DNA of 64,000 nucleotides from Squalus acanthias (Eukaryota): contig CM059432.1 in NCBI GenBank assembly GCA_030390025.1, positions 30,940,001-31,004,000 of the forward strand, written 5' to 3'. Below the pieces are notes generated by a model, which made no database searches, was not told the origin of the DNA, and saw nothing but the letters and a program-made list of their open reading frames with translations. A program made the position numbers and the translations under genes. This document shows positions 48,818 to 61,069 of this stretch, piece by piece. Positions within the stretch are counted from its first letter, which is position 1; each line of letters opens with the position of its first letter.

Positions 48818-50048
48818 GGGGGAGAGATTCGGTTGGTTAGTGCCTCCCATTAGTGCCTCCGGGGGGCGCTAACGGGGAGCTAACGACTTACCAACCGGGC
48901 GCGGCGATGTTAGCACCGCCAGCGAAATTCACCTGGCAGTTTGCGGTGGCGCTAACCACTACCGCCACGATCTGCATCGCCCCGGTAGCGCCCCGGATCG
49001 GAAATTCATTTGCGCCCCTGCCTTAGCACCTGCTATTATGAACGACAGGGAGAGCTGATGAACATACCATTGTTGTCCCCAAGGGGGTCGACCTCTCCGA
49101 CTGCCACAGCGCCCACGACCTGGGCCGCGATGATGCTGCGCACTCGCTCCTCCAAGGGGGTTGCAGCTCCGCCTAACCTCCTCCCATGTGTTGCTGCTTC
49201 CTCCTGTTATGAGCAAGCTTGGCCTGCAAGAAAAAGGACAGCGTGTGAGTGAGTGTGCAGCCATGTGTTTGGCAGATGTGCCTACCATAGTTGAATAGCT
49301 GTTAATGTATGCAAGGCGTGAGATGTGGATGTGACCTTTAGTAGATGGGCATAGTTGGTGGGTGAGTGTTGGGGATTTGGCGGTTTATACCGTCGGTGCA
49401 CAGAGTGAGGTTGAGAAGGTGGGATGTAGAGGTTTTTGAAGCATGTACTCACCCTGACCACCCGAGTGAGGTCGTTGAACTTCTTGCGGCACTGGGTATG
49501 AGTCCTGTGGACCACGTTTCTGGCCGAGACATACTGCGCCACTTCCCTCTACATCCTCCTGAACTCCCGGGGCAATGGCCTCCTGCCAGTGTCTGGGAAC
49601 AGCACTGCCCGTCGCCGTTCCACAGCCACAACCTGAGCCTCAAATTCCTGGTGACTGAACCGGCGAGCTCTCTCCCTGGGCCTCTGATCAGCCATGAGAT
49701 TTGTGGTTGATGGATTGCAGCTCCTTGCAGGCCCAGGTCACAAGCAGCAATGCTCAGAGTGAGATGTGCAGCATGATTAAACCTCCCCTTTAAGAACTGG
49801 AAGGCTCCAGTCTGTCTGAGTACTTGTAATTGACAGCGCCTGAACTTGAGTAGCGCTCTGCGGTAGCGCCCCGCTTCCCAACGTTAGCGCCCTAAGAAAA
49901 GTGTGTAGCGCTTGATTTAGCGCTACACTTCCCTCTTGGGGCTAAAAACTGAATTACACGGTTGCCGGCGCTAATTAGCGGCGGGCGCTAAAGTTTGTGC
50001 CCGGGTGATGTTAGCGCCCCAAAATGGTCGATACCGAATTTTCCCCCC
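48818..50048. mobile_element. Non-autonomous Harbinger related to family A, retaining the 5' part of the Myb/SANT gene
   Basis: TIR GGGGG(A/G)..A.ATTCGGT; TSD TAA (48815-48817, 50049-50051). Confidence 0.9.
49120..49695 (-). pseudogene. Spliced Harbinger Myb/SANT-like gene remnant (exon 1 49695-49453; exon 2 from 49223)
   Basis: MADQRPRERARRFS..VERRRAVLFP..RRM*REVAQYVS..RTHTQCRKKFNDLTRVVR|GTGAGT...TTTTCTTGCAG|AKLAHNRRKQQHMGGG*. Confidence 0.85.
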
Positions 50049-50376
50049 TAAGCAACTGAAGTTGCCCCATTTCACTAGCCGCCCGTCACACTCACCATCA
50101 CCCGACTGCAAGCAAACCAACTAACAACACACAAGGGTAGGCACTTGGGTGGTTTTTGTAATGTTCATGTGAAGTTTCTGGTAATGTGCTGTCAAACATT
50201 GAAATCTTTATTTTCAACACTTTGCATTCTTGGACAGAATTGTGTGTACCTTTGGAAGTGGCTTAGTGAGATGTAGTGAATGGTGAGACATAATGGTAAA
50301 CCCCCACAGTGGTCATGAATGTAAAAAATGAGAAGTCGCACAACACCAGGTTATAGTCCAACAGATTTATTTAATT

Positions 50377-50414
50377 TTACAAGCTTTCGGAGCTGTCGCT
50401 CCTTCGTCAGGTAA
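50377..50414 (-). ncRNA. Minimal type I hammerhead ribozyme (inverted arm)
   Basis: Exact reverse complement of 50680-50717. Confidence 0.85.
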
Positions 50415-50679
50415 GTTAGCAATGAGAGAATCTCCCAGAATTCACAATTTAAACCCATCAAAATCTATTCACATTATTCGCTACAACAAAGAGCACAGCC
50501 AAGACAATGAGATGTGTCCCAGGGGGTCCAACGTGTCAAACCACCTGCTGGCTGCATATCCTGTCAATTTGTGTTCTTGTGTTAGTTGTCTTGGCTGTGC
50601 TCTTTGTTGTAGCGAATAATGTGAATAGATTTTGTCTGGGTTTAAATTGTGAATTCTGGGAGATTCTCTCATTGCTAAC

Positions 50680-50717
50680 TTACCTGACGAAGGAGCGACA
50701 GCTCCGAAAGCTTGTAA
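50680..50717 (+). ncRNA. Minimal type I hammerhead ribozyme
   Basis: UUAC-CUGACGA-A-GGAGC(GACA)GCUCC-GAAA-GCUU-GUAA. Confidence 0.85.
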
Positions 50718-52149
50718 AATTAAATAAATCTGTTGGACTATAACCTGGTGTTGTGCGACTTCTCATTTTTGTCCACCCCAGTCCAACGCCGGCATCTCCA
50801 CATCATGAATGTAAAAGGAATGGATTGGGCATTGTAGGGATGCTTTATGGTGTTGGTGTGGGGTGGTGCCAGCCTGGCACATTATGTGGCAGCCAGGGTG
50901 TACAGCGTCAAGTGAAGTAAATCTGGCTATGGTGAGGCCATCCCTGGCCTCCCGGGTAGCAATGTGGTCGGGTGCTGATGCCCTGTGTCCTGCGCAGCAT
51001 CAGTGGATTGAGGAGAAGGTTAGTGTTGTTGCTGGTGTTGCTGGTGTGCCTGGTGATGCTGGGGTGTTGGGGCTGATTGTGTTGGGATTCTGAGGACCAA
51101 GATGAGTGAATTTCAAAGGCACCCATGCTGATGGAATAGATGGCAGGTGAAGTATAGATGACAGAAGTGGCGGGAGAGGTAACGAGGTCAAACTGGATGG
51201 AGACTTGTGTAAAGACTTTCATCATGGTGAATCAGTAGTGGAAATGCAGTTTAGAGAAGTTAGTGGTTAAGGGAACATTTCTCAATCAGCTGGGAGCTTT
51301 GACTTGACATCTGAAGCTGTCAACTCATCAGCTGACTCAATGGCCACTGATCTCCTGTCTTGGCTTCACAGACAAGGTCTAGGCACAGCGGGAAACTGGT
51401 GGATGATCTGTCAAATTCAAAAAGCTGAGAAAAAAGCATTGATAAGTGGCTGTAAACAAGTCACTAATGCCTTATCACATCTGTCAGAAACATCTCAAAG
51501 TACTTCACGCTTTGAAGTGCAGTGTCTGTTATGTAGACAAACTCAGCAGCCATTTTGCCCACTATAAGATCCCGCAAATATCATTGAGATGGATGACTGG
51601 TTAATTTCTTTTTGGTAGTATTGGTTGAGGAAGGAATGTTCCCCAGGACACTGGTAGAACTACCCGCTCTTCCTTGTGTAGTGCCAAGTGACCTTTAACA
51701 TCCATCTGAACGGGCAGAGAGAACTTCAGTTTCACATCCCATCTGATATGGGCAACAGTGGCAAAACCGTATTTATTTTCCATCCCTAGTTGCTCTGAGG
51801 ACAGTAAGAGTCAACCACGTAGTGTGGAGCTACAGTCACATGTAGACCAGACCTGGTAGAGGTGGCTGGTCCCTTCCCTAAGGGACAGCAGTGAACCAGT
51901 TGGGTATTTAGAACAATCTGGCAGCTTTCATGGTCCTTTTATCTGGTGCAAGCCCATAAATTGCCAGATTTGATTCATAACTTCCCATGGTGGAATTTGA
52001 CTTTATGACTCTCTGGTAATAGTCCAGTTCCACAATCACTTGGCTACTGTACCCTTAGCAATGCCTCAATAAGAAACAGCCAGCTGAGATCAATAAGAGT
52101 ATGATCCTAATTGAGAAACCAAGATATTTTTAAGGATATTACAGCGACA

Positions 52150-53860
52150 CTCTTGCAAGAGACAAGACTGAAGCGCTTGCAACCATCTTCAGCCAGAAGT
52201 GCTAAGAGGATGATCCACTCCTGAGGCCCCCACCATCACAGAAGCCAGTCTTCAGCCAATTCCAATCACTCCACGTGATATCAAGAAACAGCTGAGCGCA
52301 CTGGATACAGCAAAGGCTATGGGCCCTGACAACATCCCGGCTGTCGTGATGAAGACCTGTGCTCCAGAACTAGCCACGGCTCTATCCAAGCTGTTCCAGT
52401 ACAGCTACAACACTGGCATCTACCTGACAATGTGGAAAACTGCCCAGGTATGTCCTTTCCACAAAAAGCTGGGCAAATCCAATCTGGCCAATTCCCGCCC
52501 CATCAGTCTACTCTCAATCATCAGCAAAGTGATGAAAGGTGTCGTCGACAGTGCTATCAAGCAGCACTTACTCACCAATAACCTGCTCACCATTGCTCAG
52601 TTTGGGTTCCGCCGGAACCATTCGGCTCCAGACCTCATTACAGCCTTGGTCCAAACATGGACAAAAGAGCTGAATTCCAGAGGTGAGGTGAGAGTGACTG
52701 CCCTTGACATCAAGACAGCATTTGACCGAGTGTGGCATCAAGGAGCCCTAGTAAAATTGAAGGCAATGGGAATCAGGGGGAAAACTCTCCACTGGCTGGA
52801 GCCATACCTAGCACAAAGGAAGATGGTTGTGATTGTTGGAGGTCAATCATCTCAGCCCCAGGACATCGCTCCAGGAGTTCCTCAGAGCAGTGTCCTAAAC
52901 CCAACCATCTTCAGCTGCTTCATCAATGGCCTTCCCTCCATCATAAGGTCAGAAGTGGGGATGATCGCTGATGATTGCACAGTGTTCAGTTCCATTCGCA
53001 ACTCCTCAGATAATGAAGCAGTCCATGCCCGAATGCAGCAAGACCTGGACGACATTCAGGCTTGGGCTGATAAGTGGCAAGTAATATTTGCATCATACAA
53101 GTGCCAGGCAATGACTATCTCCAACAAGCGAGAGTCTAACCACCACCCCTTGACGTTCAACGGCATTACCATCGCCGAATCCCCCACCATCAACATCCTG
53201 GGGGTAACCATTGACCAGAAACTTAACTGGACCAGCCACATAAATACTGTGGCTACAAGAGCAGGTCAGAGGCTGGGTATTCTGCAGCGAGTGTCTCACC
53301 TCCTGACTCCCCAAAGCCTTTCCACCATCAAGTCAGGAGTGTGATGGAATACTCTCTACTTGCCTGGATGAGTGCAGCTCCAAAAACGTTCAAGAAGTTT
53401 GACACCATCCAGGACAAAGCAGCCAACTTGATTGGCACCCCATCCACCACCTTAAACATTCACTCCCTCCACCACCAGCGCACCGTGGCTGCAATGTGTA
53501 CCATCTATACATACCATCTACCAGCTACTCGCCAAGGCTTCTTCGGCCGCACCTGCCAAACCCACAACCTCTACCACCTAGAAGGACAAGGGCAGCAGGC
53601 GCATGGGAACACCACCACCTGCAATTTCCACTCCAAGTTACACACCATCCTGACTTGGAAATATATCACCGTTCCTTCATCGTCGCTGGGTCAAAATCTT
53701 GGAACTCCCTCCGTAACAGCACTGTGGGAATACCTTCAGTACGACGACTGCAGCGGTTCAAGAAGGCGGCTCACCACCACCTTCTCAAGGGCAATTAGGG
53801 ATGGGCAATAAATGCAGGCCTTGCCAGTGACGCTCACATCTCAGGAACGAATAAAAAAAA
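52150..53860 (+). mobile_element. 5'-truncated CR1/Jockey-group LINE (RT), distinct from the HER1-type CR1s
   Basis: GPDNIP..RPISLLS..QFGFR..ALDIKTAFDRVWH..GVPQSSVL.P..IADD; ends GGAACGAATAAAAAAAA. Confidence 0.92.
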
Positions 53861-54556
53861 GGAATTAAAAATAATATAAATTATTTAGATTTTTGGAAAG
53901 CTTTTGTCAAAGTTCCACGTGAAAGACTCCCAATGTAACTAATAGTCACAGAAGTCCAAGGTAGAACATGGTTCTGGATAAGAAACTGGTAAATATAATA
54001 CAAATAATACTCACAGAGATGTATGTTTAGATTTTCCTCCTCAATGGTAATCTTACCAAAGTTGGGGCAGGGTAGTTGCATACCCGCTCATGACTTTTAT
54101 GAGATGACATGACATAATTTTCATCGCTCAGCCAATTAAATATTGATGAGTGAGCTCCCGAGGTATCCGGGGAGGCTGCCTTGGGAGAGTGGGAGGGATG
54201 TCGTTACTTCTTTGACTTGGCATTCAGTTTTGTCTGATTGCGCCTCAGTAAAGTGCCTTGGGAGGTTTTCGTATATTAAAGGCGCTATGTGAATGAAACT
54301 CGTTGTTATTGTTGCTATAACGGGTGTGACATAAGAAAACTACTATGCACTTGGTCTATGCATTAAACAAAGCTTTAATCAACTGTTTTACAACATGGAG
54401 ATCTAGTTGTCCTTCACTAGTTCCTGTTAAAGAATGTCCTGAGCAAGCTGGGCCCATGCCCAAGTATTTATACTCTCCCTGGACAACGCCACCAGCAGGC
54501 CGCCCAGTATTATGTCATAAGTCATTTCCCATGAATGACAAGATTCATGTCAGGGT

Positions 54557-54958
54557 GTGCAGCGGGAACTCAGTTGTACCGATCCCCAGCATTTCACATT
54601 TGAGTGGCTGCATTGAAACCCCATGTAAATAGTTGATATACATCCTCAGGAGCCTGCAGGAACCAAGAGCAGCTAGCTGCCTCATGGACAGCTGAAGTTT
54701 TTGTTTAAAATGTTAAGGTTGGCACAGTGGCTGGCTGCAGCCTATCACCCTATGATTAACTCATAGGACATTTAATATTGAAACCCCTCCCCCATTTAGC
54801 CTTAGCAACGCTGGTCACCAGAATGGAATACCATACCTGCTGTACATTGTTATTAAAACATATATTAAGGAAAATGCACCAGATGTTTTCATGGGATTTC
54901 AATGCAGCTACTTAAATATGCAAATGGTGGGGATCGGTAAGACTGAGTTCCTGCTGCT
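54557..54958. repeat. Old MITE-like inverted repeat (~75-bp arms)
   Basis: 54557-54630 GCAGCGGGAACTCAGT..CCGATCCCCA..GCTGCATTGAAA matches the rc of 54885-54958. Confidence 0.7.
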
Positions 54959-56156
54959 CTTGTTGCAGCAAAAATAACAAAAACTTGCATTCATATAACA
55001 CCTTTAACATAGAAAAATGTCCCAGGATTCTTTATTGAGGCACAATCAGACAAAAATGGCCGACATGGTGACCAAAAGGACCATGAGCCAATGTAAGTCA
55101 GGGAGCTACCTAGACTACCTAGAAGGATAAGGGTATGGGAACAGCATCACCTTCAAGTTCTGTGCCAAGTCATACACCAACCTGACTTGGATATATATCG
55201 CCATTACTTTAAAATTCTGGAATTCCCCACCACCTTCTAGGCAACTAGGGATGGGTAATAAATGCTGGTCTTGCCAGTTATGCCCACACCTGAGATTGAA
55301 AAAAAAAACTCTTGCCAGGGATTATGGGTTCAAGCCCTAATCCAGGATTGTTAGCCTATAACTCCAGTGCAGCAATTTTAGAGGTTTCATTCCTTGGATG
55401 AGATCCGAACCTGAAGACTTGCTTATTTATTTAGTATTTAATTGCTTGCTTATTTAAGTGGACAATAAAGATCCTATTGCACTATTTGAAAAAGTGCAAA
55501 GAGTTCTCCTGGTTAATAATTGGCTGACCAGTGGGCTCCACACTGGTCGATCGCACAAAAGTCAAAAAGCCTAGTGTCTTTCCATACTATTGCGAAACCT
55601 CAGGCGAAACGACTGTGGGAAATAGAAAGAATGCTCATGCAGCACAAGTCATGAGATTCCTGCTACCAAGGTTGGTTTCAGTGGCCTGAAAGCCTCGCAG
55701 CCCAAAAGGCTTAAAAACAAAGATGGAAATTAATAATGAGCCAAATATAACTGGAACACTGAACAGCACTGCTGGCAGTTCCAGGATGTGCAACCTCATG
55801 AGTACACTTTGCTTTCAACTGAACAAAAAGCATAAAAAACAGACATGTACATTAACATTGGAAGGAAGCCAGTCGTATTTTCTTGCTGGGGGGCTCCAAT
55901 AGTTTTGAAAATGGCCTCAGGAATTGTATTTGGAAAGCACATCTACCAATCCCCAAAGGCTGAAGATGGTCATTGTACTATGAATCAAATATAGCAAAGA
56001 AAACAGTCTGGCTTTGTTAATTGTTTAATTCAGTTATGTGTTTGAATGAAAAAAATTGAAACAAGTCCTCATTCTGAATACCAGCATTGAGTGTGACTTT
56101 TCTGTTGCTCTCTTTTGAGGGCACAGAGCCTCTTTACACCCACCTATTCCTTCCCT

Positions 56157-56560
56157 CACTGGAGATGGTGGTAGAGATGGTGGTGGAGGTAGTGGTGGTG
56201 GTGTTTGTGCTGTTGAAGGAGGTGGTTATAGTGATGGACGTGGTGGAGATGGTGGGATGGTAGTGGAGATGGTGGGATGGTAGTGGAGATGGTGGCGGAG
56301 GTGCTGGTGGAAGTGGTGGAGTTAGTGGTGGAGATGGTGGTGGAGGTGTCAGAGATGGTGATGCTGGAAGTGGTGGAGATGGCGGTGGAGGTATCGGAGA
56401 TGATGATGGTGGAGATGGAGGTGGAGGTGTTGGAGATGGTGTTGGTGGTGGTGAAGATGGTGGAGGTATCAGAGATGGTCGTGGAGCTGTTGGAGATGGA
56501 GATGATGGTAGAGGTGGTGCAGATGGTGGTGGACATATTTGAGATGGTGGTGGAGGTATC
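56157..56560. repeat. GGT/GGAGAT low-complexity simple repeat
   Basis: Degenerate (GGTGGTGGAGAT)n. Confidence 0.9.
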
Positions 56561-56842
56561 AGATTATCTGGTCATTTATCTCATTGCTGTTTGTGGGCCT
56601 TGCTGTGTACAAATTGGCTGCCGTATTTACTACATTACGACAATGACTGCAATTCAAAAGTATTTCATTGGCCATAAAGCGCTTTGGGGAATCCTGAGGT
56701 AGTGAAAGGCACTAAATAAATGCAAGTCTTTCTTTCTTTGTAGAATGAAACTAAGTCAAACAGTGCAGGTCCTTGAATCAATCCTTTATTATGCTCTGCG
56801 TTTGTCTGATTTGGGATAATTGGAGGCCATTGGGCCTGATTA

Positions 56843-56935
56843 GGGGTAATTTTCACTTTCAGCAGTGGTGGATAAGCTGTCTGTTATACACCCCCTGCCC
56901 AATATTCCTTTCCATTGAAAGTGAAAATGAACCCC
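56843..56935. mobile_element. 93-bp MITE-like element
   Basis: GGGGTAATTTTCACTTTCA ... TGAAAGTGAAAATGAACCCC; TSD not preserved. Confidence 0.5.
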
Positions 56936-57647
56936 AGTCTACTTAAGCAGGGAAGGGAAAATCTAACCAGAGTTCCCAGTCTTAGCGACCATTACTAGAA
57001 GGGCCCACACAAAAGGAAGTTGGATGAGGAGAGGATAGAGCTCTCCTGTGATGTGCTCCCCCGACAAACCATAGTGGGTTGCCTTACCAACACTCACTGT
57101 TTAAGATCATGTTGAAAGAATGACCACTTGAGACATCTGGTACCTGTGGAATCAAACTCCGGTGAGTCAGTGCTTCGGGAGAACAGAGAACTGGAAGAGA
57201 ACATATTGAAAAAGTCAATATGACAGTCAGAGGCCTGGAAATATTCCTGCAATTGAAAGTTTAATCAAAAACAAAAATAACATCAAAAAACCCTCTCACT
57301 GACATTTTGAAACATTTAAGTAAAATTAAGACTGCTGGAATTCTTTTTTTGGCATTTGATTCACATAAAACAATTTATTTCCTTAACTATTTTACTTTTT
57401 ACACCTGATTCATTTTATTAAACCCTGCAAATCAATTCCAGGAAAGAGAAAAATAAAAGTATCTTGTAATTTAGTACAGCTGCTGAGAAACTGATGGCCT
57501 TGAGAGAAATTGATTGAAAAAGCTCCCAATAAATAAAATCGTACTGGTTTAAGAGGTGCCATTGGTCTGTGTAATCAGCCCATTTTTGTTTGGGTTAAAA
57601 ATATATTTCTGTGCTGATTCTGTTTCTCCATTCCAATTAAAAATTAG

Positions 57648-57882
57648 TAAACATAGAAGATAGGAGCAGGAGTAGGCCATTCGGCCCCTCGAGCCTGTTC
57701 CGCCATTTAATGAGATCATGGCTGATCATCCAAATTCAGTACCCTCTCCCTGCTTTCTCCCCATATCCCTTGATCCCTTTAGCCTTAAGAAATATATCTA
57801 ACTCTTCTCGAATATATTTAATGAATTGGCTTCAACTGCCTTCTGTGGTAGAGAATTCCACAGGTTCACCACTCTCTGGGTG
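57648..57882 (-). mobile_element. CR1 3' end, same family as 12642-16095
   Basis: Near-identical to 12655-12888. Confidence 0.9.
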
Positions 57883-58451
57883 ATCTAAAGATCTCAGTCT
57901 TGGTCCCATATTTAAACAGCATTCTTGACAATCCTTAATACTGTTGTGTTTGTGCCCTATAAAATTGGGTAAACATCTGCCAGGCTGACCATGATTTACC
58001 TGGGACCAAGACTGTGATATACACACATATACATTTTAAATGCACACACACACACACACGTATATATATATCTTGAATGGTCAGTGAAGTGTGTGAGCCA
58101 CAAATTTATATAAAAAAATCTTAGAAACATGCACTGCACACAAAAAGCTTTTGCACTTTAAACTTAAAACAAAAATGCTCCGACGTAAAGGATGATCAGT
58201 TTGGAGCCCAGGGCATGACCTGTAATTAATTAAAATTTCTGTATTGTAAATTAAAACTAGCCCATTCTATTTGAATACAATTATTACTGCAATGGCAGTG
58301 CTGTTAGTTATAATGTCGCTGAGAAACCTGACACCTACTGTCTGATGTTTATATTGCATTGCTCTATAAACAAAGAATCAATGTTGCAGTATTATATAGC
58401 ACTTTATCACCTCAAAACATCTCAAAGCCTTGAAATTCAATGACTTACTTT

Positions 58452-59480
58452 AACAGAAAGCAGAGAGTAGTGGTGTTTTTATTTGTTCAGACAAGAGGGA
58501 AGTACACCATGATGTCCCCCAGGAGTTGGTTTCAGGATCACTGCTCTTTTTGATATATATTAATGACCTGCACTTGGGTATACAGGGCATCATTTCAAAG
58601 TTTGCAGATGACAGAATATTTGGAAATGTAGTAAACAGTGAGGAGGATAGTGGCAAACCTAAGGAGGCCATAGACAGACTAGTGAAATGAGCAGACACAC
58701 GGCAGATTAAAATTATCACAGAGAAGTGTGAAGTGATTCATTTTGGAAGGAAGAAAACAAGAGGCAATATAAACTAAATGGTACAATTTTAAAGGGGGTT
58801 CACGTACACAAATCTTTGAAGGTGGCAGGACAAGTTGATAAGGCTGTTAAAAACATATGGGATCCTGGGCTTTATAAAAAGAGGCATAGAATATAAAAGC
58901 AAGGAAGTTATGCTAAACCTTTATAAATCACTGGTTAGGCCACAGCTGGAGTATTGTGTTCAATTCTGGGCGCCACGCTTTAGGAAGGATGTTACGGCTG
59001 TGGAGAAGATGCAGAGGAGATTTACTAGAATGATACCAGGGACGAGGGACTTCAGTTATGAGGAGAGACCAGAGAAACTGGGATTGTCCTCATTAGAGTA
59101 GAGAAAGCTAAGGGGAGATTTAATAGGGGTGTTCAAAATTATGAAGGGTTTTGATAGAGTAAATAAGGAGAAACTTTTTCAATTGTCAGGAGGGTCAGTA
59201 ACCAGAGGACACAGATTTAAGGTGATTGGCAAAAGAACCAGAGGGGGAGAATTTTTTTTATGCAGCGAGTTGTTATGTTCTGGAATGGACTGCCTGAAAG
59301 GGTGATGGAAGCAGATACAATAGTTACTTTCAAAAAGGAATTGGATATATACTTGAAAAGAAAAAAAGTTGCAGGGCAATGGAAAAAGAGCAGGGGAGTG
59401 GTGCTAATGGATAGCTCTTTCAAAGAGCCGGCACAGGCAAGTTGGGCTGAATGGCCTCCTTCTGTGAGGTTCTATGATTC
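58452..59480 (+). mobile_element. Degenerate CR1 3' fragment
   Basis: ISKFADD; LYKSLVRPQLEYCVQFW; GATTCTAT-type tail. Confidence 0.88.
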
Positions 59481-59840
59481 TATCAACTGCTGTTCTGTGG
59501 AGGAACACAGCTGAGGCTGTGCAGCAGCAAGGTCCACAAGTAGTAATGAGATGAATGACCAGTTAATCTGTTTTTGACAGTGTTGTTTGAGAGGAGAATG
59601 TTTTTCCGAGTCCAAGTTTCCCGCGGTGGCCGAGTTAGTCCGTGGTTTTTATTTTTTTTGTGTTAAAAATTGCCTACCTCCCTGCTATCCGGAATTTTTC
59701 ATCAACCGGCACCATCCCGGTCCCGTAGGTGCCGGATACGAAAGAGTTTACTGTATATATTTTACTCACTGCCATGCATAATTCCCTCTTCTATCTGAAT
59801 TTAAATGTAAGCAGATTTTATTTTATTTTCCTTTTCACAG

Positions 59841-59925
59841 GTAGTCTTGCCCTGTTTTTCATCGTTGCTTGCATCTCTGCTAGAACAATACTGCGAGGCC
59901 TTATCATCCTTATACAATGTTACAG
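59841..59925 (+). CDS. CRHR1: CRHR1 coding exon 2 (VVLPCFSSLLASLLEQYCEALSSLYNVT-G)
   Basis: Strong acceptor TTTTCCTTTTCACAG, 85 nt, phase-1 donor GTACAT. Aligns from memory with human CRHR1 ASLQDQHCESLSLASNIS|G (first ECD Cys and N-glycan sequon conserved). Confidence 0.85.
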
Positions 59926-60063
59926 GTACATTTTACATTATTTATGGTGTCTAGCAGGCCAGCCCTGCCTTGTATCATGGTTGTCAAGTTTGGGATTGGT
60001 TAACAGTGAGAATTATGATTAAAAAAAAGAGTGAGACAGATCACAAGCCCCATTTAAACATGT

Positions 60064-60795
60064 GGGGGAGAAATTCGGTGGGTTAGCAGCTCCCGTTAGC
60101 GCCCCTGGGGGTGATAACGGGACGCTAACGACTTACCGTTCGGGCGCGGTGAGATGAACGACTCCCGCGAACTTCGGTGAGAGGTTTGTGGCGGCGGTAA
60201 GACTTTGCGCCACAATCTCCTTCGCCCGGAGATCGTGACGTCATTGCCGTGCACATCGCCCCGGTAGCACCCCGGACCCAAACTTCGGTTCCGCCCCCTG
60301 CAGCATCGTCGGGCGAAAACACCGACAGCTGCAGGAGGCGTTGATCGGGAGGCCGGGTGATTCAGGGGGCAAAAGTTAAAGGGGAGGTTGCCGAGGTAAG
60401 TACCTAAATTTCTGAAATATTTTTGTTCAATTTTTTTTACTTCTCCTGGGCCGCGATTGATCAGCCCGGCACTCTGCTGGAGTGCATGGGGCTGATCGGA
60501 CTGGATTGCGGCCGCCGTCGGGGACCAGCTAACTGGTCCCAATGCAGAGACTGCAGCGAGGGGCCTTCCCTTTAAGGGATGGATGAGCCTCGGAACGCGG
60601 CAGCGCCGCACACCTACCGCCCCGCTTGCATCCTGTAGCGCTCCAGGAAGGAAGTGGAGCGCTTGATTTAGCGCTCCCCTTCCTTCCTGGAGTGCTAAAA
60701 CCCAATTTTTTAAAAGCTGGGAATCATTAGCACCTGGCACTAAGTTTCCCAGCTTTCAAAAGTTACCGCCCCAAACGGGGCGATACTGAATTTCT
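60064..60795. mobile_element. Harbinger MITE related to family A / 48818
   Basis: Left TIR GGGGGAGAAATTCGGT; right end GGGGCGATACTGAATTTCT lacks the terminal Cs. Confidence 0.82.
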
Positions 60796-61069
60796 GCATG
60801 GAGCTGTGTTCATTTTTAAGTCAAATAAGATCAGAATAAGTTATGCTTTTAAACTAATGAGTGAGTGAGAATCACTTCAAATGAACGGCACTTGGCAAGT
60901 TCATTTAAATGAACAATGGTTTAAATTAGTTGGCAGTCGAATTGTCCCCAGTGTAAATCTGCCATGAGTCATCTGCCAGTTGCAAGTACAGCATTTAAAC
61001 ATTGGCATGTCTACAGTTCATGGGAATGGGTCCTTATCACGAAACTTCCTCTAATTGGCGCTCAATCTC

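Larger units (their letters stand above)
50327..50802 (+). mobile_element. Non-coding palindromic Penelope pLTR insertion (second family)
   Basis: Arms ~50324-50506 / 50586-50770; ~32-nt tail; TSD TCATGAATGTAAAA (50313-50326, 50803-50816). Confidence 0.88.
50085..51470. mobile_element. Internal Harbinger fragment homologous to 4917-5400, with transposase C-terminus on the minus strand
   Basis: Shared block AACACACAAGGGTAGGCACTTGGG; minus frame ATREARDGLTIARFT near 50915-50960 resembles Harbinger transposase ends. Confidence 0.7.

Noticed and set aside
56156..56702. Thr/Ser-rich and Val/Glu/Met-rich ORFs
   Set aside because: Translations of a GGT/GGAGAT simple repeat running into a SINE fragment.
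59690..59755. Possible Tc1/pogo-type TIR end (..AAGAGTTTACTG + TA)
   Set aside because: No matching left TIR found, so not supportable as an element.
59729..60022. 97-aa hydrophobic ORF overlapping exon 2
   Set aside because: Different frame from the spliced CRHR1 exon; hydrophobicity comes from the T-rich acceptor tract.
60096..60740. 214-aa minus-strand ORF
   Set aside because: GC-rich MITE interior with no recognisable domain.
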